From the IMG/VR virus record IMGVR_UViG_3300010883_000022, positions 1,251 to 65,250 of that record: a stretch of 64,000 bases of DNA; one strand, given 5' to 3'. Source of the stretch: a virus. Taxonomy: Duplodnaviria > Caudoviricetes. Shown piece by piece: positions 19,040-29,315 of this stretch (the stretch's first letter is position 1; the number at the start of each line of letters is the position of its first letter). The position numbers and the translations under genes were made by a program. Under the pieces are notes generated by a model that was given only the letters and a program-made list of their open reading frames with translations, was not told the DNA's origin and searched no databases.

Positions 19040-21619
19040 TTATGAATTCCGAAGTTCTCTAGACTGGTTCTCCCAGCGCGCGTCCTGCCGTGCCTTATCC
19101 GCAGCTGCCTGGCCATCGCTAGGATGAAATTCAGGTAAGCGGCTCCGAATTTTGCCTGGCGGGCTCTCATCTTTAATGGCACCTACAAGACTGCCGCCCG
19201 CGGCCCTCCCAAGGCCCACACCCTTGCCAATCACAGAACCCGCGGCCTGCCCACCACCAGTAATACGTTTACCAGCGTCACTCAAAACAGATCCAATGCG
19301 CGCTCCTTCTTCGTCGTGTAGTCGGTCTTGCCCTGCAGTTAAGCTGCGTCCACCGCCACCGAGGCTGCCAGGTGCGTGGACCGGCTTGGAGTAGTCGGCA
19401 GCTGTAGCTGCAAGATCTTTTTCATTTCCTATGATATTTGCACCGATATCACGTGGATCCATAATCCCACCACCACCTTCCACTCCTGCCAGATGCTGTC
19501 TAATCAAATTGCGCATCAATAGGGGGGAGTCTGCAGCGCGCGGGGCTAACTGAACAATCTCATTGTAAGCTTCCGTGACCATGTTCGGATCTTCTTGGCT
19601 AATGATCGGATCATTTGCCATCATACTCTCAAGCTGCGCCCGTACGACAATCCGCTTCAGTTCTTCTTGATGCGAAGGATCGTCTAGTTCTTCTACGTAA
19701 TCTTCAACTGCTTCCTCCTGAGCCGACTGGGTAGCATCGCCGCCTCGCTGAACGCCCTTAAGCAGATGACTCAGCGCAAAAATGCTACCTACGCTCGATT
19801 GCTTCGAGTGCGCGGTTTTACCTACCTGCTCTAAAAGAGATGGATCAGCATCAAAACCTTCGACTCCACCCATCCGCAGCGGCCGTGCGGGCGGGTCCCT
19901 GTCTCCGGGAACCTCGTCGAAGTCGCGTCCTCTTCGCAGCCCCAAGTCACCGGCTTCCAGGTCCCTGTCTCCGGGAACCTCATCGAAGTCGCGTCCTCTT
20001 CGCAGCCCCAAGTCACCGGCTGCCGGGGTAGTCAAGTTGGGCATGTACTCTGCCCCACCTGGATTAATGTCTGCGCCGGGTCGCTGGTCGGGATCAAATG
20101 GTAGTACTGCGCCCTCGTCGAGGATGCCGTCAGCGTTGCTGTCAAACGGACTACGAGCGTGCATACCAGGAATAGGCGGACGAATATCCCCGACCACGGT
20201 CTGCTCACTGTCCAGGATACCGTCGCCATTTAAGTCAGTGTCGCTCGGGCGGAACTGCGGGCCGCCGGGGACAGGTTTAAATTCGGCATCGGCGGGTGGT
20301 GTGGTTGCGCCTTGCCGGGACGGATCCTGCGCAGGGTCATATGCCTGCTCTGCTGGCGTTTCCGCGGCTGGTGGCGTGGGCTTGAGCTTGTTTAAGTCAG
20401 CCAGGCCCTGGTCATACCCGCCTGGATCCTGGAGCGCGGGCTTCTTAACCTCCGGCGTCCCAGCAAATGCGTCATATGCGACCCCACCACCTAGGCCTAC
20501 GGCGCCGCCCATCGCAAGGTCGCCCAGTAAGCTGGAGCGCTCCTCATCTTCTTCCTTATCCTTGTTCTTAAAATAATTGAGTGCGCCTCCGGCCGCTAAA
20601 CCTGCGCCTGCGCCATACAACGGCGCCATTGATGCCTGCTTATCGTCAGTCGCCGGCAAGGGTAGATCCAATACAGATCGTCCTTGCCTGGGGGAAAAAG
20701 GGCGGATTTGGTCCTCTGCCTTCTTGGTGACATGCTGAGCAAGCTCATGAAGAGTGCGCTGCTTATCGTGTACGTCGGCGGCGAGTTTGATGCTCTCGCG
20801 AATCCATTTCCAAGGCGCCTGGTTCGGCTGCACCTCCACAAGACCGGCACTCTTCTCCTGCCGCTTCTTTTTCTTCTCCTCCATCCACTGCTCATGTGTG
20901 GAGCTAGGGTGGATGGCAGAACAATTGTGCTTAGCCTCTTTACTGAATTGCGGCACGGTTCGAGAAAGCTGGTTAAGAATAGCGCGCCCCATGCCCCCGT
21001 GCTGGATCTCTACAGCATCGCAAGCGTCGTCAAAAGACACGCCGCCCGGAGTACGGAAGTAATTGCTAAGCTTCTCAAAGTTGCTTGTAAGTAGATCCTT
21101 GGCGCGAGCAACCTCTCGCCGGCACTCTTCGAACCGACGCTTATCGAAATCAACGGAGTGGATCGCTTTCTTGATCGCCGTGTGTGACTCTCCCGCGTAT
21201 GGCTCCGGAGGCGTATCGACCAGTTTCCAGTCGACCTTGCGCGCGGATATGTGAGCTGCTTCTTTACGCTGCGCAAATATCGGCGCTCGCGTGTACTCAT
21301 CATCAACGATAGTCTCGTCGCGCTTTTGCGCAGCAGACTTAACATTCGTCGGATACAACCGCCCCATAATATCCTGCTGATCTGCCAGCTCAAACGTTGC
21401 AGCCTTATCAAACGGACTTTCCGCTGCCATACGCTGCTTACCCGTACGCCCGGTGTTATATGCAGACACCATCAAGTTGATATGCCCCGCAGGGATATCA
21501 TGCTCCGAGGCGGCCTTCACGATGGCGTCATTAGGGCTTGTGCCCTCGTTGACGGCATCCGCAACCGATTCCAGGGCAGTCAGAACTCTACTTTCAGCTT
21601 CCTTGCTCAGTTTTTTCAT
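19040..21619 (-). CDS. Large multi-segment internal virion protein
   Basis: More than 10 K-x-A/S motifs, glycine-zipper pair after DKQA, DxNxDG motifs. Confidence 0.65.
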   Translation of the reverse strand: MKKLSKEAESRVLTALESVADAVNEGTSPNDAIVKAASEHDIPAGHINLMVSAYNTGRTGKQRMAAESPFDKAATFELADQQDIMGRLYPTNVKSAAQKRDETIVDDEYTRAPIFAQRKEAAHISARKVDWKLVDTPPEPYAGESHTAIKKAIHSVDFDKRRFEECRREVARAKDLLTSNFEKLSNYFRTPGGVSFDDACDAVEIQHGGMGRAILNQLSRTVPQFSKEAKHNCSAIHPSSTHEQWMEEKKKKRQEKSAGLVEVQPNQAPWKWIRESIKLAADVHDKQRTLHELAQHVTKKAEDQIRPFSPRQGRSVLDLPLPATDDKQASMAPLYGAGAGLAAGGALNYFKNKDKEEDEERSSLLGDLAMGGAVGLGGGVAYDAFAGTPEVKKPALQDPGGYDQGLADLNKLKPTPPAAETPAEQAYDPAQDPSRQGATTPPADAEFKPVPGGPQFRPSDTDLNGDGILDSEQTVVGDIRPPIPGMHARSPFDSNADGILDEGAVLPFDPDQRPGADINPGGAEYMPNLTTPAAGDLGLRRGRDFDEVPGDRDLEAGDLGLRRGRDFDEVPGDRDPPARPLRMGGVEGFDADPSLLEQVGKTAHSKQSSVGSIFALSHLLKGVQRGGDATQSAQEEAVEDYVEELDDPSHQEELKRIVVRAQLESMMANDPIISQEDPNMVTEAYNEIVQLAPRAADSPLLMRNLIRQHLAGVEGGGGIMDPRDIGANIIGNEKDLAATAADYSKPVHAPGSLGGGGRSLTAGQDRLHDEEGARIGSVLSDAGKRITGGGQAAGSVIGKGVGLGRAAGGSLVGAIKDESPPGKIRSRLPEFHPSDGQAAADKARQDARWENQSRELRNS
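19894..20021 (-). repeat. 62-nt in-frame duplication, period 66 nt (AGDLGLRRGRDFDEVPGDRD x2)
   Basis: Copies at 19894-19955 and 19960-20021, one mismatch. Confidence 0.95.
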
Positions 21620-22562
21620 GGGACGTCATTTCTGGAAATGATAGGGAATTAAGGGTCTCTTCTAAACCAGGTGGCACTTCACCAGTAGCGATCATCAGTA
21701 ACTCATGTGTTCGTAATTCGTGTCCCTGCTTATCGAACATGGACAGGGCCGGGAAATCCTCATCGTTTGCGCGCCTACCAACAAGCATCTTCGGCGCTAG
21801 TTCAAGTAACGCCTCCACATTAGCAAGAAGTTGGCTACTACCAGCGCCACCCGCCTCTGCAGTCTTTTCTATCTCAACAAACTTGGTCCAAATATGTAGT
21901 AGGTCGGCCTGTGTAAAACTGTTAACTGGCATTGTTCGGGCTGCGATCGCTTGCTTCCTTATAATCGAGCCCATCCCGTCATCTTTCCACGCCGCCTTTA
22001 CCTGCGTTTGATTCTCCGGCGCGGTCACATCAATAGCTTGACCAATTAATGAATCCAACATTAAGGAACCATATGCATAAGCATACCATTTCCATAGTTT
22101 ATCGTATTCCCGCTCCGTAAATCCACGGTGCATTTCACGACCAATCGCCGTGTGATACACATAACCAGGTGTATCTAACTTGTCCTCTACATTATAGAAC
22201 AATTTTTCGTACATTTGCACGGTTCCAGGTTCAACACCTAAACGCAGTGAAATGCCCGGGGAATCGTCTCGCGACAACAAACGCGCCTCTAGTTCACTCT
22301 TATACGGGTTGCCTTCGTCCTGATATATGTCGTGCGCCCAGTACAGGTCCGAGGAATTATTCATTAACGATCTACGGTCTGCATCATCATCACAAGTATC
22401 TAATTGCCGTTTAAACGAAGCCGCCTGCCGTACCCACTCATCATCAATTCGCCGATTAAACGAAAGCTGCTCTGTTGTAGGCGTATTTTCCGCTAAGAGA
22501 CAGGCGCGTTGCCAGCGCCAATCCGTTGGACGCCTCGGGTTGTTGGGGGAAATTTCTAACAT
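21594..22562 (-). CDS. Hypothetical protein
   Basis: Likely start MLEISP via TAATG overlap; about 322 aa. Confidence 0.75.
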   Translation of the reverse strand: MLEISPNNPRRPTDWRWQRACLLAENTPTTEQLSFNRRIDDEWVRQAASFKRQLDTCDDDADRRSLMNNSSDLYWAHDIYQDEGNPYKSELEARLLSRDDSPGISLRLGVEPGTVQMYEKLFYNVEDKLDTPGYVYHTAIGREMHRGFTEREYDKLWKWYAYAYGSLMLDSLIGQAIDVTAPENQTQVKAAWKDDGMGSIIRKQAIAARTMPVNSFTQADLLHIWTKFVEIEKTAEAGGAGSSQLLANVEALLELAPKMLVGRRANDEDFPALSMFDKQGHELRTHELLMIATGEVPPGLEETLNSLSFPEMTSHEKTEQGS

Positions 22563-22858
22563 TAGATGATCATCCACCAAACCTTGTTATCAGACCCGGA
22601 CTCCGCAATAGCGTAGAGAAGATCTGGGTTCCGGGTAGGAATAACAACTGTTTCACCGGCAATAACCGGATACCCGTCGGTTCCGTCCGCATCATCCGCG
22701 GTAACCGACGAAGAGTTGCCAATATAAACCGTAGAGCCGTTATCCGCAGGCGCTGTAATTTGGACACCGCGACGAGCCTTCACACCAGTAGCCATAACAG
22801 CTACGGCGCTTGTACCAATACTACTTTTACGACCTGTCCAAATTTGCCTGGTTGCCAT
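22562..22858 (-). CDS. Small beta-rich virion protein
   Basis: Start MATRQIW; GVQITAPADNGSTVYIG...GYPVIAGETVVI. Confidence 0.65.
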   Translation of the reverse strand: MATRQIWTGRKSSIGTSAVAVMATGVKARRGVQITAPADNGSTVYIGNSSSVTADDADGTDGYPVIAGETVVIPTRNPDLLYAIAESGSDNKVWWMII

Positions 22859-22859
22859 T

Positions 22860-23141
22860 TTATAACCCCAAAAAATCCAACACGGTCTCAACGATATTAG
22901 ACTCAGTGTCTAACGTAAATCGGCGGTATGTTGCTCCGTGTGCGGACAGTGAAAAGTGCACCCCTAATTTATCCTTAGTAGTGCCCGAGGGACTCGTCGG
23001 CGGGACTACCCGCGACCGTGCTGATAGCGTTGGTGCAGAAAACGTAGAAGATATTGCCGTAGCGGGAGCCATCACAGACGAGGCTGTCGTCGTGGCTCCG
23101 CTCAAATCCAACGGCTCTGTAATATCAATTACGATAGACAT
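22860..23141 (-). CDS. Hypothetical Ser/Thr-rich protein
   Basis: Start MSIVIDI via TAATG overlap. Confidence 0.6.
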   Translation of the reverse strand: MSIVIDITEPLDLSGATTTASSVMAPATAISSTFSAPTLSARSRVVPPTSPSGTTKDKLGVHFSLSAHGATYRRFTLDTESNIVETVLDFLGL

Positions 23142-23557
23142 TAGGTGATATTCACAATCCCTTCTGCAGCCCACTGAATAGTAAATGTACCGGACGTAAC
23201 TGTCTGCGCACCATCGAAATCAATAGAGCAGATCAACGGCTTGCCAGTGGCGGTATCGGAATAAATGACGGCGTGATAAGCCGTGAAGGATGCGCTAGTC
23301 CACTCAGCATTAGCTGCATCAAAAACACCCTCATTATCGCTGTCGTCCTGGGTTACCGTTTTGCTTCCAAGCGCAGCGCCGCCTGCGGTATAACCTGTTC
23401 CGCTAATTTCATTGGCATCCGGGGTGGCCCAGCCCAACGCACTAGCTGCAAACGAATGAGTAGTAGTCAGCAACGCGCAATTAACTGTATCGTTAACAAG
23501 GTCGATAGTTTTTTTCATAATTTCAGTTTTAAACTGATTATATACACCAGAAACCAT
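23141..23557 (-). CDS. Tail-fibre-associated structural protein
   Basis: NEISGTGYTAGG...DFDGAQTVTSGTFTIQW, a pattern typical of small phage tail proteins; SD AGGAG. Confidence 0.7.
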   Translation of the reverse strand: MVSGVYNQFKTEIMKKTIDLVNDTVNCALLTTTHSFAASALGWATPDANEISGTGYTAGGAALGSKTVTQDDSDNEGVFDAANAEWTSASFTAYHAVIYSDTATGKPLICSIDFDGAQTVTSGTFTIQWAAEGIVNIT

Positions 23558-23559
23558 AA

Positions 23560-23739
23560 TTATTTCTCCTCATTTTGTGTCTTAGACTTCGTAGAAATGC
23601 GAGGCACTTGAATTGTACAGTCTTTTCTACCATTTTCATGATAAGTTTCTATGACTGTTAACGGCACAATAACTTCGCGCTCTTCTCCGCCTTCATTAAT
23701 TGTAATCTTGCCTTCGCATACTTTAGTTTCTTGCCTCAT
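23560..23739 (-). CDS. Hypothetical 59-aa protein (MRQETKVCEG...)
   Basis: Below ORF-track cutoff; ATGA overlap, SD AAGGAGGT, fills the gap exactly. Confidence 0.7.
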   Translation of the reverse strand: MRQETKVCEGKITINEGGEEREVIVPLTVIETYHENGRKDCTIQVPRISTKSKTQNEEK

Positions 23740-25568
23740 AGCGTAACCTCCTTCTTACGATTAACATTTGGAGGCGCGCCTTGAACAGATGAAACTGCCG
23801 ATAACACACCAGGTACTACTTTAGCCACGGAAAGCGGAGCTTGATGTGTAGCCGCAGCTACCACCTCCGCCGCGGCGCTGTACTTAACTTGAACAACTGG
23901 CGCCACAACCGTAGCAGATGCCGCAACCACAGAAATACTCAGCGGAGTATCAACCTCCGGCGCATTAACGGATGCCGTTACCGAAAGTACTGCAGCTGAA
24001 ACAACCCCATCTATAATAACAGATGGGGTGGGTATTGAAGAAACGGCATTCAAAGCAGCTGAAACCGTTTTTGTACAATCTATTTGAATTGCGGGGGCTT
24101 GTGCGGTCGCTGCCGCTGATATTTCGCTAGGGGCTACCAAGATCTTATATAGCGCGGGGTCGACTACGGTTGCTGTAGAAGATAAGGCAGTAGCACCCGC
24201 AGAAATGCCCAGGGCTGGTACTGGCGCCTGTGCAGAAGAAGTTACAGACAGCACACCATCTTTCTCTGAAATATCTACTGTTACGTTGGGAGACGGTATA
24301 GTTTGGTCAGCACCGATATCCCACGTATCTCCCTCGTCGTCTCTATCCCTACCGTCTATGTCAAAATTTACATTCGCAGGGGTAGTCCCTAAATCAGTGC
24401 CCGCGCCAATAGCATCTGATCCATCTTTTAAGTGTAAATCCTCAGATCCACCTGTTATTGACACAAACTGATCTGCAGTAGTTTTACTTGCTAAAGATCC
24501 AGTGCCACCGGCTGTCGCGTCGGATGACATGTTGTACTGCATCACTGCCGAAGCTGGCTCGTTAAAGCAGTCGGCCGTTCCGGATGAAGAACCAGACACG
24601 CCCATACTAATACAGTTTTTGACAGTCTTATTAGCGTGGTTCTTTATCTGAAAAGCGTTGGTGTTTCCTGAAGCACTATTGTTGTTCGCGTTATATCCCG
24701 TGCAGTTATAAAAATTTTGAGTATAAGTGCTCGAACCATTCATTTTAAAAAAGTCACAATAGCCGCTCGTACCGCCTGAGGTTAAGTCATACGCAATACA
24801 GTTCAAAATATCTGTATTGCCGTCGGCCCAGAAAGCGCGACTGTGGGTTCCCGTATCGCCGCCGGTAACCGTGGTAGCAATACTATGCGCAATACAACCA
24901 AGAAAAGTGCTCGTCGTAGTGCTACTTGTATCCGTTTTAAAAGCTCCACGAATACATTCGTTGTCTGACATGTCTATCTCAAGCCATTCAACTGTAGTGG
25001 GGGCTATTGCTACCTCAATACATTCCCCAACATCTACGGTTCTAACTATTCTTGCACCTGTACCAGCCGTACCATCGTGCCGCTGGGAGCTCGGCACTGT
25101 CAAAACCCGGGAAGCCAGGCTTACAGTATCTCCCCCGTCTATTGTTACGTCCTCGTTAAAAGCGGAGTCGTTATACATCGAACCCTGCGCAATGTCGCTT
25201 GAAGCGTACAGATCACTGTCGTCTAGGTCGGCTTCCCACGCGCTGATCGTGGAGTAATACCGAGAAAACGTGCCGTCCGCCTGGGAGAACATCATGTTGT
25301 AAAGCAAGCACGGCGACGTGTCACCCGACATCATATCGTCGGTTACGTACACCATTGTGATATCTGCGCCAGACACAGCCGTCACACGGTATGTAAACTC
25401 AGCACCCATGCCACCTTCGTCTGTAAAGACACACTTATCTCCAACACTCACGCCAGAAGGAGTTGATACAAAAGTCACAACGTAGGGAGAGCTCGAGCCG
25501 CTGCAAGAGTCCGGAACTCCCGTAGCGATACTGCTGTTAGAACCTATGCTTGTAATAATAGTGGCCAT
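23736..25568 (-). CDS. Tail fibre/spike with beta-helix region
   Basis: Start MATIITS; NCIAY/NCTGY/NCISM repeats, DLHLKDGSDAIGAG...DIDG...WDIGADQ, Ala/Val/Pro-rich C-terminal repeats. Confidence 0.7.
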   Translation of the reverse strand: MATIITSIGSNSSIATGVPDSCSGSSSPYVVTFVSTPSGVSVGDKCVFTDEGGMGAEFTYRVTAVSGADITMVYVTDDMMSGDTSPCLLYNMMFSQADGTFSRYYSTISAWEADLDDSDLYASSDIAQGSMYNDSAFNEDVTIDGGDTVSLASRVLTVPSSQRHDGTAGTGARIVRTVDVGECIEVAIAPTTVEWLEIDMSDNECIRGAFKTDTSSTTTSTFLGCIAHSIATTVTGGDTGTHSRAFWADGNTDILNCIAYDLTSGGTSGYCDFFKMNGSSTYTQNFYNCTGYNANNNSASGNTNAFQIKNHANKTVKNCISMGVSGSSSGTADCFNEPASAVMQYNMSSDATAGGTGSLASKTTADQFVSITGGSEDLHLKDGSDAIGAGTDLGTTPANVNFDIDGRDRDDEGDTWDIGADQTIPSPNVTVDISEKDGVLSVTSSAQAPVPALGISAGATALSSTATVVDPALYKILVAPSEISAAATAQAPAIQIDCTKTVSAALNAVSSIPTPSVIIDGVVSAAVLSVTASVNAPEVDTPLSISVVAASATVVAPVVQVKYSAAAEVVAAATHQAPLSVAKVVPGVLSAVSSVQGAPPNVNRKKEVTL

Positions 25569-25575
25569 GCAACAC

Positions 25576-26406
25576 CTATACCGCCACGACGCCAGTTGCA
25601 ACCTTATCTACATGGATGTCATCCATGTGACTTATCTGATTAGATTGCTGTCCGACACGTCCGTCTAAAATTTTATTTTTATTACGAATGTCATCCACAT
25701 TAATGCTCAAACTATTGGCAATATCCCAGTAAGGAACCTGCCATTGTTTCTTAGCAATTAATACGGGAGATTCGTCCGGATCGGCGGGGGACGTAGAAAC
25801 ACTGCGCGCACGCTCCCCGCAAGTACCGTCTGAAACTTCCACGTTAGATCCATTGCGGTGTCCGCAACAATCTAACGGAAGAAAACCGCGCTTCTCTCTA
25901 TCACTAAACGGCCATTGAGAGAAATGCTTTTTCAAATTATCACTATGTGTTTCAATCTGCTTCCAAACGATATCTACTGCAGGCCTATCTCGGGAGACGT
26001 TGCCGCCATACCACACTTCGTCCCCGTGCGCCGTACCAAATATTTTATGGTTTGAATTCTTCAAACGGCGACGAATAAACTTATTGACATACATAGCCTC
26101 CCCCGCCTCATTAGGCGTGTCGCTAATGATGTCAACTTCTTCGGTTAAAAGGTTAAACCTCTCAACTTCGCGCTCGCTGTCGTGGACGTGGGTAAACCGG
26201 TACTTGCTAGTAAGCTCCATGTACTTTTCTAACAACGTACCGCGATCACGAAGACCCACCGTATTAAAGCCAAAATTTTTAGTATGGCAGATCATTTCTG
26301 CGTGGCAGAAATGTATTTGGACGGAAGATATAGCACAAACTATATCTCCGTCCTGGTAAGTCTTCTGGTCGTCAGTTACGGAACCAACTTTTACTAACAG
26401 CTCCAC
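25576..26406 (-). CDS. Hypothetical protein (possible fibre partner)
   Basis: GTG start with AGGAGG. Confidence 0.75.
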   Translation of the reverse strand: MELLVKVGSVTDDQKTYQDGDIVCAISSVQIHFCHAEMICHTKNFGFNTVGLRDRGTLLEKYMELTSKYRFTHVHDSEREVERFNLLTEEVDIISDTPNEAGEAMYVNKFIRRRLKNSNHKIFGTAHGDEVWYGGNVSRDRPAVDIVWKQIETHSDNLKKHFSQWPFSDREKRGFLPLDCCGHRNGSNVEVSDGTCGERARSVSTSPADPDESPVLIAKKQWQVPYWDIANSLSINVDDIRNKNKILDGRVGQQSNQISHMDDIHVDKVATGVVAV

Positions 26407-26436
26407 GTCCGCCCTCCTGTAACATCCATGCCAGCA

Positions 26437-26826
26437 TCATGTAGGCTGCGTAATAAGTTCTCCCGCGACGGCAACGTCCCACGTTTCAGCGCCTGCCGCA
26501 GTAGCAGTCATCTTCAGGTAAATTTTTCTTGTGGGAACCGATAGCGTTCCCTCCATATTCTTATGAAGGTAATTTATCTGGAACAAAGTTACAGAGTCTC
26601 CAGCGAGGGCAGATTGGTCTGGAATAACCGTATGCTTAACACTCTCATCCGCAGTAGATGACGAGATATCTTTGTTGTATAGCGCAACAGTATACGCAAT
26701 ATCCGTACCTGATAATTGCTGCACAGTCAGCTTCTTAATCACGGCCTCCTGCGGAAAATCCAAAGAGAACACTTCAGACGAGCCTGCAGCACTGGTGAGG
26801 GCGTAATGAGTTTCATAAACTTTCAC
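26437..26826 (-). CDS. Hypothetical beta-rich virion protein
   Basis: GTG start with AAGGAG. Confidence 0.7.
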   Translation of the reverse strand: MKVYETHYALTSAAGSSEVFSLDFPQEAVIKKLTVQQLSGTDIAYTVALYNKDISSSTADESVKHTVIPDQSALAGDSVTLFQINYLHKNMEGTLSVPTRKIYLKMTATAAGAETWDVAVAGELITQPT

Positions 26827-26839
26827 GAGTTATTTCTCC

Positions 26840-29218
26840 TTATGTTCCCGCAATCGGGCCGAGGTCGACTCCGAGCGATCCTTCTTCTGGATAAGGGTCG
26901 ACGCTCTTCTGCTTAAGGAAGAGCACCAAGTCGCCCATAGATTCAAATGTATTGCGCAAACTATCCTCTAGCTCAGGCATATCAGCTTTGCCATAACGAT
27001 CGCCAAAGTCATCCTGGTGGAAGTAGAACATGAAGAGAATGCGACCAACGCGATCCATCCCCTTCATCAAGTCACCAAGATATTTGTCTACCATGGAATC
27101 CTGTCGAACAGCTTTCAACATAGAGCCAATCATGGCCGTATCAAAAACGTCCTTCTGGCCAAGCTGCGCTGCTTGCTGTGCGCCCTGCATTGCCATCGGA
27201 TCGGGTACTGCCGTCGGATCGTACTGAGAGGGATCTCCGCGATACATATCCGCAACAGGTTGTTCTGCGCTCATGGGGAACTGCGCAGGCACCTGCCCAC
27301 CAATCACATCCGTTGTACCCATCTGTGGCCCCGGGAAGCCTGGCGCCGTCGGGCCTGGCTGCAAGAAGGGATCCTGCGCCTGCTTCACATATTCTGCGTA
27401 CTTCACACGATAACGAGCTTTACGTTGCTGCTCGGCCTCACGCAACATTGCACGCGCCTGCTTCTCGCGGAACCCGTGATCTTTGATCAATGCGATGAAC
27501 GCCTGCTTCGGCTCCATGCGCAGATTGTTAAGCTCTACTTCATAACCACTGTGATAGATAGTCAGCTCGGCCGTCTTGGCCATGATCATCATCTCAGCAT
27601 CAGCAATGTTGCCCGGAGCTAGCGGCTCTTTACTGTCGGAATCAAAATCATCCGCGGGCTTAGCTACCGGAATGGCATAAAAATCTTCCGGAACAAACAC
27701 ATCACCCTGGGAAGCAACTAACTTGGAACCACCTTTACCCTTAAGATGAATTCGCTGTCCGTCTCTATAAGGACTGTATTCGTCATCCCATTCTGCTCGA
27801 CTAAAATCTCGGTGGCCGGCCTCGTAAACAGCGCGCCCACGTTCAGCATGAGTGTGAAAATTAACGTTGTAAACAATTTTGCCGTCTGCATCCCCGATAG
27901 TACTCTCAACACGGAAAGGAACCGTGCACTCACCTGTGCGCCCGCACAGCATATAAGTGCTTCCTTTACTAAGGCTATCAGGAACCGACAACCCCTCGAG
28001 CCAGTCGGTGTACTCATCGCCCTCTACCTTAGAGACCGCCCACACTCGCGTGGGGTGTACGTTGATCCAGTCCTTCTTCCCGCCGCCTTCCGAGCGAACA
28101 AGCGTAGCAAACTTAAACCGCCCATTCGGCCCCATCGGGGCGAGTGCAATAAAACAGCGCTCAATATCACCAGTATTTGTCAGAACCTCGTACAAGCCAG
28201 ACTCAGCTGGGTTGAACAACTTCTTCTCTACCTGCGTATTATAAGCAACGCTGACCTCGTCCCCCGCGCGCTCATCCTTGATTAGAACACCGTCACGCAG
28301 AAGCTTTTCCTGGTCTTCCTCATCAGGGCCCTCGGGGAGCGTTTCCGACCTCGTGTAGTCGATCGTGATGATTTCCAGTGCGCCAGTTTTAATCGGGTGT
28401 GGGATAGTTGTATCGATCACGGAACCGGTACGAGATGTACGCTTACCTGTCGGTTGCGCGGGCGTTAACACATTAGAAGCGTTCTTGTGTAGTTCGCAGG
28501 CTTCCTTGAGTGCGCCAGAAAGTTTATCGCCATATAGCTCAGTCGCCGCCTTAAACACCGACGGGTAGCGATTAGCGACCTCGTACATAAACTTCACAGA
28601 ATTCCCGCCCTCAGCAGCAACCACCGCCGGGAAGGTGCGCATATTTGCAAACTTTTCTTGCTCCGCGGGCGGCGTCGTCGCCATATATGCCCAAACGGGG
28701 AGGAAGTCCTCTACCCATGCAGGGTATGCAGAACTACTCTTCACCCTATTACTTGATAGTTGCTGCAAACTCGGACTCCTCACGCCGAGTTGGTGCGTAT
28801 CCTTATCTGTCCCGTCGCCAAGAATGTTAGGTTTGCGACTAAGGAGATAATTTAACCAGTTCTCCTTGAGGGGCACGAATACATCCTGATCTTTGATGTA
28901 CAAGAGCTCGTGGCCTTTGAGCTCTCCGCGCAGGAAAAAGATGGGCACGTACAGCCACATCGAACCGACCTTGAAGCCTACAACTCCAGCGGCCTTAGTA
29001 TTTTCCTGGTTGCGCTCCAGGAGCTGAAACCCAACCTCAAAATCAAGCAGACTGGGCGCCTTATCTCTTAAGTATGCATGAGCAAGATTACTCAGCGCCT
29101 GTTCAAACGGGATATCCTGCCCATCTCCACCGAGTTCGGCTTGCTTAGCCCACCCGCGCTGTTGATTATTCAGGGACAGTAGACTTTTTTGTGTACTGTG
29201 AGATAGTTGCAAGACCAT
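26840..29218 (-). CDS. Large putative virion protein with K-x-A motifs
   Basis: 792 aa; AKQA, VKSS, EKFA, AKTA, VKYA, VKQA delimit segments. Confidence 0.7.
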   Translation of the reverse strand: MVLQLSHSTQKSLLSLNNQQRGWAKQAELGGDGQDIPFEQALSNLAHAYLRDKAPSLLDFEVGFQLLERNQENTKAAGVVGFKVGSMWLYVPIFFLRGELKGHELLYIKDQDVFVPLKENWLNYLLSRKPNILGDGTDKDTHQLGVRSPSLQQLSSNRVKSSSAYPAWVEDFLPVWAYMATTPPAEQEKFANMRTFPAVVAAEGGNSVKFMYEVANRYPSVFKAATELYGDKLSGALKEACELHKNASNVLTPAQPTGKRTSRTGSVIDTTIPHPIKTGALEIITIDYTRSETLPEGPDEEDQEKLLRDGVLIKDERAGDEVSVAYNTQVEKKLFNPAESGLYEVLTNTGDIERCFIALAPMGPNGRFKFATLVRSEGGGKKDWINVHPTRVWAVSKVEGDEYTDWLEGLSVPDSLSKGSTYMLCGRTGECTVPFRVESTIGDADGKIVYNVNFHTHAERGRAVYEAGHRDFSRAEWDDEYSPYRDGQRIHLKGKGGSKLVASQGDVFVPEDFYAIPVAKPADDFDSDSKEPLAPGNIADAEMMIMAKTAELTIYHSGYEVELNNLRMEPKQAFIALIKDHGFREKQARAMLREAEQQRKARYRVKYAEYVKQAQDPFLQPGPTAPGFPGPQMGTTDVIGGQVPAQFPMSAEQPVADMYRGDPSQYDPTAVPDPMAMQGAQQAAQLGQKDVFDTAMIGSMLKAVRQDSMVDKYLGDLMKGMDRVGRILFMFYFHQDDFGDRYGKADMPELEDSLRNTFESMGDLVLFLKQKSVDPYPEEGSLGVDLGPIAGT

Positions 29219-29315
29219 GCTTTTGACTCCGTCCGTGGAAGTTACCGCCCTACATAAAGGGCCGCATTCTTATACTAACAATTCTAATAAACTGAATATA
29301 CCTCTTACCCGATAT

